DNA of 64,000 nucleotides from Octopus vulgaris (Eukaryota), in contig OX597819.1 in NCBI GenBank assembly GCA_951406725.2, positions 49,414,001 through 49,478,000 of the forward strand, given 5' to 3'. Under the pieces are notes generated by a model. That model saw only the letters and a list, made by a program, of their open reading frames with translations, did not search any database and was not told the DNA's origin. The position numbers and the translations under genes are program-made. Numbering within the stretch: the stretch's first letter is position 1; each line of letters begins with the position of its first letter. Positions 50,666 through 64,000 of the stretch are shown here, piece by piece.

Positions 50666-51047
50666 TTTAACTCCTCTCTCTCGTTCCATAACCAGCAAGA
50701 AACTCTTTCTGTTGCTGCTTCCATCTTGTAGTTGCTTCAATCCCTTCACTCTTTTCCTCTCATTCCAGTGTCTGTAAGCATCCTCCAAACTGACTGGGCA
50801 GGGAATCCCCTTCAACCACCCTCAACTGGGAAAAGTCATGACAGCCATCCCTTCTCCCTGCTATCCTGCAGAAGGCTCTCAAACTTGACTTGCTTGATAT
50901 ACTGATGAAGGTGGCTGAAGGGGATTCCCTGCCCAGTTAGTTTGGAGGATGCTTACAGACATTGGAATGAGAGGAAAAGTGTGAAGGGATGGAAGCAAGA
51001 ACAGAAAGAGCCTCTTGCCAGTAATGGAATGAGAGAGAGAAATTAAA
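50666..51047. repeat. Inverted repeat, ~140-157 bp arms, ~80 nt spacer
   Basis: 50666-50823 versus 50906-51047. Confidence 0.9.
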
Positions 51048-52244
51048 TGATATACTAAAATTACAATAATGTGTATAACTGTCTCTCTTAAAAAAAATCT
51101 TCTGGAACGAACCCCATATTTCAACAGAGATTTAGTAAAAGAATATTAAACCAATTAACAGATTAAGTTGACCACAAAACATATTTTTGGATACTGTGGC
51201 AATAATATGAAAACTGTGCAATAAGAGCAGATTTCACAATTTAGTGAATATTCTTATCTTCTACTTGTTTCAGTTGGAGACTGGGGCACTGGTGTGAAAA
51301 ATTTTAAGCAAATGAATTGACCCCTGTACTTAATTCTTTAAGCCTGGTACTTATTCTGTTGGTTTCTTTTTGCCAGACTGCTTAAACACATGAACACTGG
51401 TTGTCAAGTGTTGGTGGTTGGTGCATATCAATCAGTCTGGTAGTCAGTTAATCTCTCTCTCTCTCCCTCTTTGTTTCTCACTCTTCGAACAACACACATT
51501 TGAACTTATATCTGTATAAGTCTATCATCTACCTTCAGTTTCTCTCTCTCCCTCTTTATATATATATATACTGGTGTCGAGTGGGGGGTGGGGGTGAGGA
51601 CAAATACAGACACAAAGACATATACCCACATATATATACAAGGGAGATTGGAAAGTATGTATAGACACAGGCATGGTTGCATAGTAAGAAGTTTGCTTCC
51701 CAACCACATGGTTCCAGGTTCGGTCACACTGTGTGTCACTTTGGACAAGTGCCTTCTACTATAGCCTTGAGCAGATCAAAAATCTTGTCAGAGGATCTGC
51801 AAGACAAAATTGGAAAGAAGACCATCAAGATGCAAACTTCTTATCGCAAAGCCATGCCTAAGCCTATAAATACAATCCGATTTTGAGTGAGCTTCATGCA
51901 TTCACAAAAGTTACTTATCTTTTCAATCTTCCCTGTATGTCGTGGCATCTTTGCATTGCCTGAGCTTCTAATACTTCATATGCCACTGTTTGAAGTCAAC
52001 CATGGAACATGGTCAGCATCAAGGTTTGGCTCTTTGACTAGAATAAGATTTAGCTGTATATACGAGTCACATGTAATTAAGATACTACATTCAATTCAAT
52101 GAACTGAATATAGATACTATCTTAATTATAACTGATTCCTATCAAATATAATTAAATCTTATTCTGATCAAAGATTCAAGTTCTTTCCTAGTTGACACAT
52201 TATGATCATTGCTTTGCATATCAATCAGTCTGGTAGTCAGTTAA

Positions 52245-52800
<556 letters not shown>

Positions 52801-53347
52801 TTGGTCGACCATTTATCTATCTTTTCATTTGCCTATATTTATATTTCAGTGTGATTATATATCTCTATCTATATTTAACTTTCAGTCTGTTCATTTATTT
52901 AGATTTATATCTGGTTATTCATCCATTTACTGTCAAATACACCACTTTTCTCTTCTTTTTTCCATTCTCTCTCTCTCTCTCTCTCTCTCTCTTCCCATTA
53001 CTCCTTTCATGTTGCACCCCATCTCTCTTCCTAACATCCCTTTTAATTTCTATTTTCGATTTACACACATACACTCACACCTATATATATGTGAATACAT
53101 ACATACACACACACATACATATATATATTTTTTATATAAATGTGTGTTCGTAAGTATATATGTTTATATGTATATCCTTTCCATAAATATACAATAATGA
53201 AATCTGAAAGCTACTGACAAGGTGTACGAGATTTTAATAATTTACCAATGTGTCTTTTGCTATATCCCAAAACCAGAAATAAATGGATCTGTCCATACTT
53301 AGATTTTGTTAAATGGTTCTGAGAGCAATATAAGCATATATATATAA

Positions 53348-53386
<39 letters not shown>

Positions 53387-53480
53387 CATACATCATATAT
53401 ATAGTGTGTGTATTTTTTCTTGTTTACTATATATACATATATAACGGGAAGCTTTATGAAAATAGACATATATGTATATA

Positions 53481-53587
<107 letters not shown>

Positions 53588-55092
53588 GTATATATATATA
53601 TATAGTAAATAAGAAATAAAAATAAAGCAAAATACACACATGCACACTAAATCATTCATTCACTCATATAGTGCAACTATTTCAAAGAGATCAATACCTA
53701 CCAACAATATTTATTGCTGATATAGAAATTTTACAAGACTCGGTTACTGTCCAACAGAGGCAATTCCTGTTACATGAATGAATGAATGATTATTGCAATT
53801 ATTCTTGAGGTAGGTGAGAAAAAAAAAAGGGCCGAATATTTCAATATTTTTGCTTTCAGTACATTAATAAGGAAAATTGATAGGTCTTCAATTCAACTTC
53901 TCTCTGTGTGACTCAAACCCTTCATTACTTGTTCGGTGAAGCCTAACCTGTTAAAATCTGATCTAACTGTCCTCATCCCGCATATTCTGCGGTTTTAGTC
54001 AAATCTATATTCTATTAGCATTTTGCTGTATATTTTAAGCTGGCATTGATCATATTTTTGCATTACATGTCTCTAATACTTCAATTCTTTCTCTGGCATG
54101 AACTGGCAAGCAAAACAGTTGTTAACTTTTTTTATTCTTTTATTCTTTTACTGATTTCAGTCATTGGATTGTGGCTGTGTTAGAGCACCACCTTGAAGGG
54201 CTTTAATCAATAAATTGACTTTACTTATTTCATCAATATTGATTTGACAAATTGCTAAGTTATGCTTTTTGGCACAACACATCGTCATTTTACATCTGAT
54301 GATTGCATTTTTATGCAACAATGACAAGAAAATAGACACACACATATACATATATAAATGAGGAGTTTCAGCACAGTTTCCATCTACCATGTTCCACTCA
54401 CAAGATACTCAGATTGGAGCCTGGTGCAGCTTCCTGGCTTACCAATCCTCAGTCAAACCGTCCAACCCATTCCAGTATGGAAAGTGGATGTTAAATGATG
54501 ATGATGAGGAGGAGGAGGAGGAGGAGGAGGAGGAGGATAATGATGATGAAGATATTTATCAAGCTAAGACTATGGCAGAAGATGCCTATTCAAGGGTGCC
54601 ACACAGTCAATAAATAAGCACAATTACTGAGCAAAGATTTATGATTACATACTGTTAGAACTACAAGTTTCTCTCAGTTGAGTAAGGTTGCTGAAAACTA
54701 GCTTAATACTAAGTTCCACTCACAATTGTGGCTTAGCTACACAAAAAGAACTTTCTTTTGTGTTAGCCTAAGAAGGAAAAACGATACTCATACCTTTGGG
54801 GTTTTTAATATTTTTTTTTAAGGCAGGGTAGATTGACTGGATGCACTTAAAATGAATGATATTGTGTTTGGTTAGAAATTTGAAGACTAAATATGGGCGG
54901 GAAAATATTTCTAGAACAATGATGTAAGAGAGCGTATACATGACATGAGTAAAGAAAATATACAGCCGCTGAGTTCAGAGGAAAGTTTGTTGTAATGCAA
55001 AGAAGAGATACAGAGTGCACCCCACTGATGATACAGAGTTTAAGGAGTGTTGATAAGTTTAGGTATGGGTGGATGGGTTTCTCTTGTATACA

Positions 55093-55147
<55 letters not shown>

Positions 55148-55154
<7 letters not shown>

Positions 55155-56397
55155 TCCCAAAAATGTATACACACTTTGAATAATTGTAAAGTAGGTGTTT
55201 ATTAAAATACATTTCATTTTCAAAATTTAATAGAATATTTTATTGTTTTGTCAATGCCTGTTTTCAAACTGACATCCATTCTGGTCCAGGCACTGCTGAC
55301 AACATGAAGCAATGGAATCGCAAACATCATGAAACAATTCGTTTGGTATTTGTGTGCCTTCTTGTTCAGTGGCTGCTCTCAAATCAGTGACTGTTGCAGG
55401 TTTCATAGTGTGGACTTTATCGTTTAGGTATCCTCATAAAAAAATGTCTAATGGTGTGAGGTCTGGTGAATGTGGCAGGTATTCAATAAAACCCTTTTGT
55501 CCAATCCACCTGTTCGGCAAGATCTCATCAAGGAAGGATCTAACATCGCAATGGTAGTGTGGGGGTGCCCCATCTTTCTGAAAATAGAACTCCTCATCTT
55601 CAAAGTCTTCAAGTGTTTTCCATGACAGACTGTTGCAGCAAGTTCAAGTAAACGGGACTAGTCTCAGTACTGTCAAAAAAGAATGGTCCAATTTATCTTC
55701 TTGATGATAAGCCACACCACACTGTAAATCCTGGTACACTTACATGGTGTTCCACCATAACATGTAGCTTCTCAGGTCCCCAGTAGGTGCAATTGTGGAA
55801 GTTAATTGAACCATTTGATTTGAATGTGGCCTCATCACTCCACCCAATCTTTGTTGGAAAGTGTGCATCTTCTACACATCGTGCCAAGTACCACTCGCAA
55901 TATTGCACTCTTTGGTCAGAATCATAATCATTAATAGCATGGTCTAATCTTGGAGCATAACTTTTCCATTGACAACTCTTCAAAATGCATTCAACAGACG
56001 ATTTGGAAATACCTACCTCACAGATTTGCCACACAGATTTTCTTGGACTTTGGTGATACATTTCCAGCACTCCCTCTTGTTTTGTGAGGCTTGTTGATGT
56101 TCGTGGTCTTCCGGAATGCTTCTCATGGACATTCTGAACAGTTTCATCGACTTCAAACTTATCTTTAATTCGAGTAATGGTAAGTCGCGCTGGTGGGTCT
56201 GTTTGAAACTCCCTCCTAAACTGTTTTTGCACTTCAACTGCATTTTCACACTTCCAGTAGCATTTTAGAATGAATTTCCTTTGTTCAAAGCTTAGTCTGA
56301 CTGCCATCATTCATTCCAATGAGTTTAATCTGGAAATAAAAACATCAATTGAGTTATCAGCTGCTAAAGTGTGTATACATTTTTTTGGGACACCCTG
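55148..56397 (-). mobile_element. rosa-like (DD41D, DUF4817-type HTH) Tc1/mariner element, decayed transposase ~55215-56310
   Basis: TIRs (C/T)AGGGT.TCCCAAAAATGTATACACACTTT within TA repeats; [47 protein letters not shown]. Confidence 0.92.
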
Positions 56398-56415
56398 TGT
56401 ATATATATATATATA

Positions 56416-56818
56416 GGTGCAGGTGTGGTTGTGTAGTTAACAAACTTCCTTACCAACCACTACATTATTGTGAGTTCAGTCCCACTGTGAGGCACCTTGG
56501 GTGTTTTCTGCAATAACTTTTGGGAAACCAAATCCTTGCAAGTGGATTTGGCAGACAGAAACTGAAAGAAACCAATTGTGTGTGTGCACGTGAGCACACA
56601 TGCATGCATGCATGTGCATTATGTTTGTCCCTCACCACTGCTTGACAAACAGTGTTGGTTTGTTTTCACACTCATAATTTAGCAGTTCAACAAAGGAGAT
56701 TGATAAAATAAGTGACTTAAAAAAAGTAGCAGGGGTTGACCTGTTTGACTAAACTCTTCAAGGCAGTGCCCCACTATGGTCATATTCCAGTAACTGAAAC
56801 AAGTAAAAAAAGTAAAAG
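56416..56818 (+). mobile_element. Diverged SINE family A
   Basis: Family A head and tail. Confidence 0.85.
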
Positions 56819-57794
56819 TTTCGTATCTCATTCTTCAAAAATTAGTTAAATGTTTTAAAACAATTCTACAAAATGGTTTAATTAAATAAACAGTAAATTT
56901 TTCAAGGTAGAAATATCGATGATTTATTTTATTTATTTATTTTTTTTTTTTCCTGATGTGTTTGGATCAGAAAAGCTGGAAAATGAAAAAGAATTTACAG
57001 ATTTGTATTGATATTGTTTCTTGCCACTGCTTAAACCTCGCTAAGAATTATTGCTTTGACAATCATTAAAAATCTCAGCTTAACACAGAACTGTTGTAGC
57101 TGATGTTCTTTTTTACATTAATGCATCCTTAGTGCTGAAGCTGTTATTGATTCTTTCAAGTTGTTGGCTTTTCTTCTAATGGAAAATATTGCTTCTGTTG
57201 TTTTTGATGATAATAACTTGTGTTTATTTTCTTTCTTCCTTTCACACGCTAAGCAGTTCTTTGTTTTCATTTTCGTCACAATGAAAATTAATTCAGGAAA
57301 CTTCAATATGGTTTATTTATTTCTCCATTTATATATACTTTGCTTTCTTTCAAAACTACATCCTTCTTAACGTGATAATTATCAATAATTACAAATTGTA
57401 AATTACTCTCTTTTAACAAAATTTCCATTTTATTTACTTATTTAACACCTCTGTAGTTCATTTTATCTTTTATGTGTTTTATTTATCTCATTGTATTCAT
57501 CTCCTTTCAAACGGGTATTTCCTAAATTGAGTTTTCAACTGAAGAGAAAAAACTAAAATTTTTTCCTTCATAAATTATAGAAGATTAAATTTCATGAAAT
57601 GGCAACAGTTTTCATTTTCCAAATCCAGCTATTGTTGTAAGAGAACAACACAATTTTCTCATAAAGAGAATTCTGTGAAAATATTTCATTTAATCACATA
57701 AGGAGGAAGATATGGACACTCACTTGTGCAAGGAAGGTGAAAATATACAAGGGAGATTTGTGTGAAGTTTTAATCCATAACTACTTTGATTAAA

Positions 57795-58087
57795 CTGGCA
57801 TTGTTGATTATGATGGTGAGTGTTCCATTTTATCTGATCAATGGAAAAGCCTGTTCATGTAATTAATGTGCAAGTGGCTGAGCATCCCACAGATATGTGT
57901 ACCCTTAATGTAGTTCTCAGGAAAATTCAGCGTGACACAGGTACTACTCCTTTTAGCCAGCTGAGTGCACTGGAGCTATGTGAAATAAAGTGTCTTGCTC
58001 AAGGGCTCAATGAGTCATTGGAAACTGAACTTATGGCCTTATAATCATCAGCCAAATACCTCTAACTACGAAGCCATGCTCCTTCAC
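57795..58087 (-). mobile_element. SINE family C
   Basis: Homologous to 11525-11812. Confidence 0.75.
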
Positions 58088-59712
58088 AACTACTTTGAAC
58101 AATGGTGAAGCTGTGGTTTCCAAAGAGATGAAGCAGTAAGAAAGGAAAAACTGCTCAAAATATTCAGTAAAGAGATATTGCAAGAAAGGGTAAATGCTGA
58201 GAAAAATAGCTGCCTTGATTGGAAACAATTACAAGTCAAGAGAGACTATTGAGTGCATTCTAAAAAAAACAAAAAAGAAGAAAAAATATTCTACAGAAGA
58301 CTTAATTTAAAGCACATGTACAGATCTAAATTCTCAAGCCATTTAATGTGGGTGGAACTTGCAGAAGATGGAGGACCCAGGAAGCCATGGAGCAAAGTGG
58401 TGAAGGCTGATCTCAGGAACCTTGAACTTCATAGAGAAGATGACCGAGTACTAGGATGATTGTTGACATGGTCTTGAGAAGACCTGCCCACTTCAGAGAA
58501 ACTGAAATTCTAGAAGCACACTCTGTGTGTGTGTGTGTGTGTGTGTGTATGCACAGCTGTCTCCACCCACCCAAATTTCCTCTTCAAGACATTCCTACCA
58601 TCCATTATTTTGCTACTGTAATTAGATGTGACAGAATTGCATACTTTAGCTTTTTCCTGATACCACTTAACCTGCTTACTACCAAGAATCATTTCACTCT
58701 TATCTATCTTTCATACTTAATACTGTCCTCTCCACCCACATTTTACATTTATCACCCACCCCGAATCACCAAATTATCTCTCCTCCACCACCATACATCT
58801 TCCCTTCCACCATTCACTACATCTTCCCATAACCACGTGTCATTTCCCCTCTCTCTCATTTTACGCCCAATACTTTCTTTTCCTGTCTGCAGTATCTTTC
58901 TTATTATTATTCTGTTGCTCTTCTCTATTCAACCCACTTTTCTGCACTGTCTGCCATCTCCCTCCCTGACCACCTTTCAACTCATATATCATTGTTTTTT
59001 CCACAACCCCTTCATCCCTACCCAATTTCTACAGTCATCACCTACTATTCCCTCTTCCCTACTTCCCCTGCTTACCTTTCAACCCTTGTTCATAATATTC
59101 ACCCCATTCTCAAACCATTTCTCATCTCCCATACACTCTTGCAACCTCTACACCTCTAACCACCCACATTTCCTATTGTCATGTCCATTCTCACTTCCAC
59201 TCACCATGCATCTTGAGGGTCCACTCTGACACTGCAACCCCACTATTTTTCATCTCCTTCCACTTCCATCCCAACCACACCCTTTTCTATAATCTAAGTA
59301 ACTGTGTAGCTCTCTTGCAGCAAGAAAACTATTCTGGTCTGTTTTCTCACACTTTTAGCCCTTCATCTCACAACATAAATCTGCATCACTTTCCACTTTG
59401 TCAAAGGGGAACTTAGTCTTGCAGACTGCATGGTAACACCACTAGTGCTGATTCCACAAAAAAATGACCCAGTACATGTTGCAAAGGGGTGGGTGTTGGG
59501 AAGGGCATCCAGCCATAGAATCCATATCAAAGCAGATACTGAAACACAATACAACCTTCAGATCTGTTAGATCCTGTCAAACCATCCAACCCATACCAAC
59601 AGAGTACATGGACATTAGATAATAATGATGATGATGACAATAATGACAACAAAGAAGACAATGATGATGACAGTGATGATGATGGTGATATCTTACTGTC
59701 TAGAATAGATAA

Positions 59713-60271
59713 TCTCTTATATAAAATCCGTTCTGCCTGTCTGTGTGTGTGTCTTCTCGGATCTCGGACATCCTCTATCCGATTGTGCTCAATTTTGATA
59801 CGTAGATACCGACGGTATCAGGGCGTGTATAAGTCTTGAAAAAATTACAAATATCGATTCCAGGTGAGAATACGATCGATAAAGCCGTTTTTGTCCTGCT
59901 TTTCTTCCATGAACCTGTACATAACTGCACCTACCATTTTTATTGGTTTTGTATTGCTTAAAGGTACGTTTCTTTCCTGCCAAGCCTACTATTTAAACCA
60001 TGTTTGTGTTCTCCCAGTCAACAGCCTTATTTATCATTACTGGTACTTTAAACTCTTCGGTTGCATATTTGTGTGAATAAAATCGTTTTTCTTTGGAATA
60101 GAAAAAAGTCTATCTTTATTTCTTCTTTTGCTGGTGTCTCAAATTTAGGTTAAATCAGTGTTTCTCAAAGGGGAAGTCTATGGGACGGTCGGACAAGTTG
60201 TTTTGAGAAAATTTGGTTTAAATTTTTGACAACTCAGCACCGTCCATTGGACAGGGGGGACGTTTTGCTCG
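59713..60271 (+). mobile_element. Non-autonomous Helitron-like element
   Basis: A|TC start, TCTCTTATATAAAA...(TGTC)(TG)n 5' motif, 3' hairpin CGTCC...GGACG then CTCG|T (variant of CTAG), no TSD. Confidence 0.65.
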
Positions 60272-60797
60272 TAAGATATATATTTGAAATGAATTCCTCA
60301 TGAAAATTCCTTTCAGCTTTCACCAAAAAAAAAAATTTTATGACAATTGTTGATGCTTTATTCCTTTAATATATTAGGAAATCATATTAAACAAATATTT
60401 TATGATCCAGATTTAATCAAAAATATCAATTAAAAATACTATATTATTTATGATCTAGACTTAATTAAGAATATTAATGAAGAATATTATTTCTGGAATT
60501 ATATATATATTTTTTTAGTGCAAAAGAAAGGGCGTAACCTAGGAGACTTGTCCCATCAAATTGACAACATGGACTGGTTTTTAATTCTAGATTGCTGCAT
60601 ATTTTCATTTCCTCTACATCAGTAATTCTCATCAACTCATATTTATCTTCTTGCAATCAGTCCAAACAAAGACTCCAAAACATCCATTCATTAATCGACA
60701 CTGAATGAAGATAAGTAATACATGAAGTAATTGACTGAATTATGTAGAATGTTGTTTTAGGAAACAAACAGAGTTTAAAATATTGTCTTGAAACAAT

Positions 60798-61445
60798 ATG
60801 AGGTGTTACCAGAAAGTTTCTGGATTGCATACACTGATTATGCAGTTCAGCAAAAACGCTTGCACAGCTAATTATCATTTGATAACCAACCAAAAACCTG
60901 AGTCTACAAATTGACTTTATATTATCTACTCATTTGCAATCATTATGTGAGGTTTCATAACATGGCTTAGTGACTTCTACAATGCCAGACAAATTCAAGC
61001 AACATGCTGACATCAAATTTTGCATGAAGCTCAGCAGATCTGCTCCTTGAGACCATTCATCAGACTTTGTTGAATGGTCTTTAGGTCAAACAAGGCCAAC
61101 TGATGGTTGGTTCAAACTGACCATTCACTAGTAAAATGCTAACAAATGTGGAAACAAATTTTTGAAATCTATTAGGATTATTGCCAAACAATTCATTTCA
61201 CACATGATTGGAACCAGTCAGTGAGGAAATTCTCATGGAAAACTTGAACATGCATCCTTTTGCTATTATATGTGTCCTCTGGATCTTGGCACTCGATCAA
61301 AAGCATTAGTGTTTTGATGTGTGCCTTGAGCTTCATGAGAAGGCTTATGACAACCCAAATTCCATCTTGCAAATCATCATAAGTGATGAGAGTTGTGTTT
61401 ATGACTTAGGACCAGACACAAAACAACAGTTGTTGCAGAGCAGCA
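60798..61445 (+). mobile_element. 5' half of a decayed mariner element
   Basis: TA-TGAGGTGTTACCAGAAAGTT end; KQHADIKFCMKLSRSA and IIISDESCVYDLGPDTKQQ (cf. IITGDESWVYxYDPETKQQ). Confidence 0.8.
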
Positions 61446-63408
61446 CTGCAAGCATAACAATAAATATTCTATTTTATGCACAAAACAAATTTAATCTATA
61501 TTTTTATCTACCAGATGGAGCTGTATTTAACATTAAAGCTGATGACTTTTTCTTTATATAATTATTATTTAACTTGTTTGTTTTTGCTTCTGAGCCACAC
61601 CTCATTACATGCTGTTTTGTGTGGGTGTATAAAAGTGGAGTGTGGGTGTAAAATGCAAAAGAAGAATGTATAAAATTCTAAATTATACAAGTAGTTTTCA
61701 ATTTACAAAACTTCCAAATAGTCAATTGAAATAAGCAAAATAAGCACATGCTCAAGACATCAGGCACCACAGAAATGGTAAATGGTTTATGGCACAAAAA
61801 AAATCACTATAAACTTGCTAAAATAATATTCAAAGTGGTTTATATGATTGAAAATATAATTTCAAAGTGTTCAGGGTGTCATAGTGAGGATCTAATCAAA
61901 GATTTTGCAATTAAAAAGTAGGAAAAAACTTGTCATATATAAATAAAGTAAAAGTATACAAATATAAACATTATTTTCCATCATTGCTTCAGTTTGAAAA
62001 ACAAAAATTCAGTTATGGTTTATTATTGTTTGTATTTTGAATTACATATATTCACGGGCACCAAAGTCTTTTACGTGCTTAGAGCCTCTATGGCCCTGTT
62101 GCAGAGGAAGAGGATCTCTATTTTTTAGACCTGGTCAAGGAACTTTCTGGTATCAGTTTGTATAATACCTGCAGCAATATGCAGTTAGAATGTTGATAAA
62201 ATAAAATAAAGTGAATTGAAAGTTTTAATAAAATGTTAGCACATAGGTGTAGGAGTGGCTGTGTAGTAAGTAGCATGCTTACAAACCACATGGTTCCAGG
62301 TTCAATCCCACTGCGAGGCACCTTGGGCAAGTGCCTTCTACTATAGCCTCGGGCTGACCAAAGTCTTGTGAGTGGATTTGGTAGACGGAAACTGAAAGAA
62401 GCCCATCGTATATATGTATACATATATATATTTCTTTACTACCCACAAGGGGCTAAATATAGAGGGGACAAACAAGGACAGACAAATGGATTAAGTCGAT
62501 TACATCGACCCCAGTGCGAAACTGGTACTTTATTTATCGACCCCGAAAGGATGAAAGGCAAAGTCTACCTCGGCGGAATTTGAACTCAGAACATAATGTC
62601 AGACGAAATACTGCTAAGCATTTCGCCCGGGGCGCTAACGTTTCTGCCAGCTCGCGTGTTTGTGTGTCTGTGTTTGTCCCCCCAACATCGTTTGACAACC
62701 GATGCTGGTGTGCTTACATCCCTGTAACTTAGCAGTTGGGCAAAAGAAACTGATAGAATAAGTACTAGGCTTACAAAGAATAAGTCCTGGGGTCGATCTG
62801 CTCGACTAAAGGTGGTGCTCCAGCATGGCCGCAGTCAATTGACTGAAACATGTAAAAGAGTAAAAGAGAGAGACATACTAAGTAATAGAATGCTGGGCTC
62901 TTTTCAAACTATGAACCACACCCCCAAAAATGGAATTTGGCTTAGTAACTTAAGAAAATAATCAGTTTGCATTTGTGACATTGACACCAACTTATTGTGT
63001 GATAGATCTGTAGTACGATGGAATCTAACTTAGATTAACACTTTAATTGATAAGATAAAACTGATGGGTAACAGCTAAAATGAATAGATGAGAAGGATAA
63101 ATGATAAGCCGGCTTGATAAACTGCAAACATAACAGTAATATATTTTGTTCTTATGCACAAACATATTCAATTTATACTTTTATCTATTAGATAGAGCTG
63201 TATTTAATGGTAAACTGATGGTTTTTTCTTCATACAATTATAATTTAACTTGTATGTTTTTATTTCTGAACCACACCTTGTTACATGCTGTTTCGTGTAG
63301 GTGTATAAAAGTGGAATGTGGGTGTTTAGTGTAAAAGAAGAATGTGTAAAAATTCCAAATTATACAAGTAGCTTTCAATTTACAAAACTTCCAAATAGTC
63401 AATTGAAT
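61445..63408. repeat. Direct repeat pair ~285 bp (61445-61730 and 63121-63408)
   Basis: ACTGCAA.CATAACA...CAAATAGTCAATTGAA shared with scattered mismatches. Confidence 0.9.
62245..62870 (+). mobile_element. SINE family A with a MetaSINE-like copy (62432-62655, minus) inserted in its internal microsatellite
   Basis: Family A halves flank GTACTTTATTTATCGACCCCGAAAGGATGAAAGG...CTAACGTTTCTGCCAGCTCGC. Confidence 0.9.
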
Positions 63409-64000
63409 TTTCTATTATTTCACTGAAGCTTTTAAGTTCTACCAGAGTTATATTCATACATAACATAGGGAATATATTTGTCAACCACTGAACTTCCATT
63501 TAGTTTTAATCATTTTGTATCTGTTTATCAATGCTTCTATAAATTGTACAGATTTATTTCTGAGAAATTCTAGCACTTTTAATAGCAACACAGATGCTTT
63601 TATCATATAATGGAACTGATATTGATTTCCTAGCTAGGTCGCTTGAGACATCCAAAATAAGATGATGCAAGCAACAAATAATATCACGAGTGTACATATG
63701 TATGGCTGTGTGGTTTACAAGTTTACTTCGAAATCACATGGTCCTGGGTTCAGTCCCCCTCTGCAGAACTTTGGGTAAATAACTTCTGTAATGCATGCAT
63801 GCATGCACACACACGCACATACATGCATGCACATATATGCATATACATATATACACATACATATACATATATATATATACACACATATACATAACATCGA
63901 CATACATGTGTGTGTGAATGTATGTGTGTGGTATACTTGCATGCATGTATGTGTGGGTGGTGTGCCTGTATTAATGTGTGTGTGTGTGATGTGTGCATGT

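Noticed and set aside
50900-50925. CTGATGA hammerhead-like core
   Set aside because: No stem II followed by GAAA
57060-57560. Possible minus-strand coding or L1-like remnant
   Set aside because: No diagnostic motif could be read with confidence
58456-59229. 257 aa ORF
   Set aside because: Pyrimidine-rich low-complexity sequence following an RTE/SINE fragment; no recognisable domain
63310-63350. Similarity to miR-1 (TGGAATGT...AAAGAAG.ATGT)
   Set aside because: Interrupted by about 12 nt and no precursor hairpin; likely chance

Overview
AT-rich, repeat-saturated eukaryotic DNA. The SINE families, Tc1/mariner relics and very dense (TA)n/(CA)n/(GA)n microsatellites suggest a coleoid cephalopod (Octopus-like) intronic or intergenic region; this is inferred from repeat style, not from a search. 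No host protein-coding exon, rRNA, true tRNA or CRISPR array is supported, and nearly all listed ORFs are microsatellite or repeat artefacts. Recognisable content: dozens of tRNA-derived SINEs of several families; seven decayed Tc1/mariner elements (DD34E, DD34D, DD37D, DD41D); hAT, pogo and piggyBac-like MITEs; a non-autonomous Helitron; and decayed CR1-like, RTE, R4/Dong and Penelope-like retroelement fragments. The two most interesting signals are (i) at least seven minimal type-I hammerhead ribozyme motifs from three sequence families, one pair in tandem 302 bp apart (retrozyme/pseudo-LTR-like) and two pairs in head-to-head foldback arrangement, and (ii) a high density of long hairpins and locally templated duplications, several next to (TA)n arrays. 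All coordinates were read by eye and may be off by a few bases.
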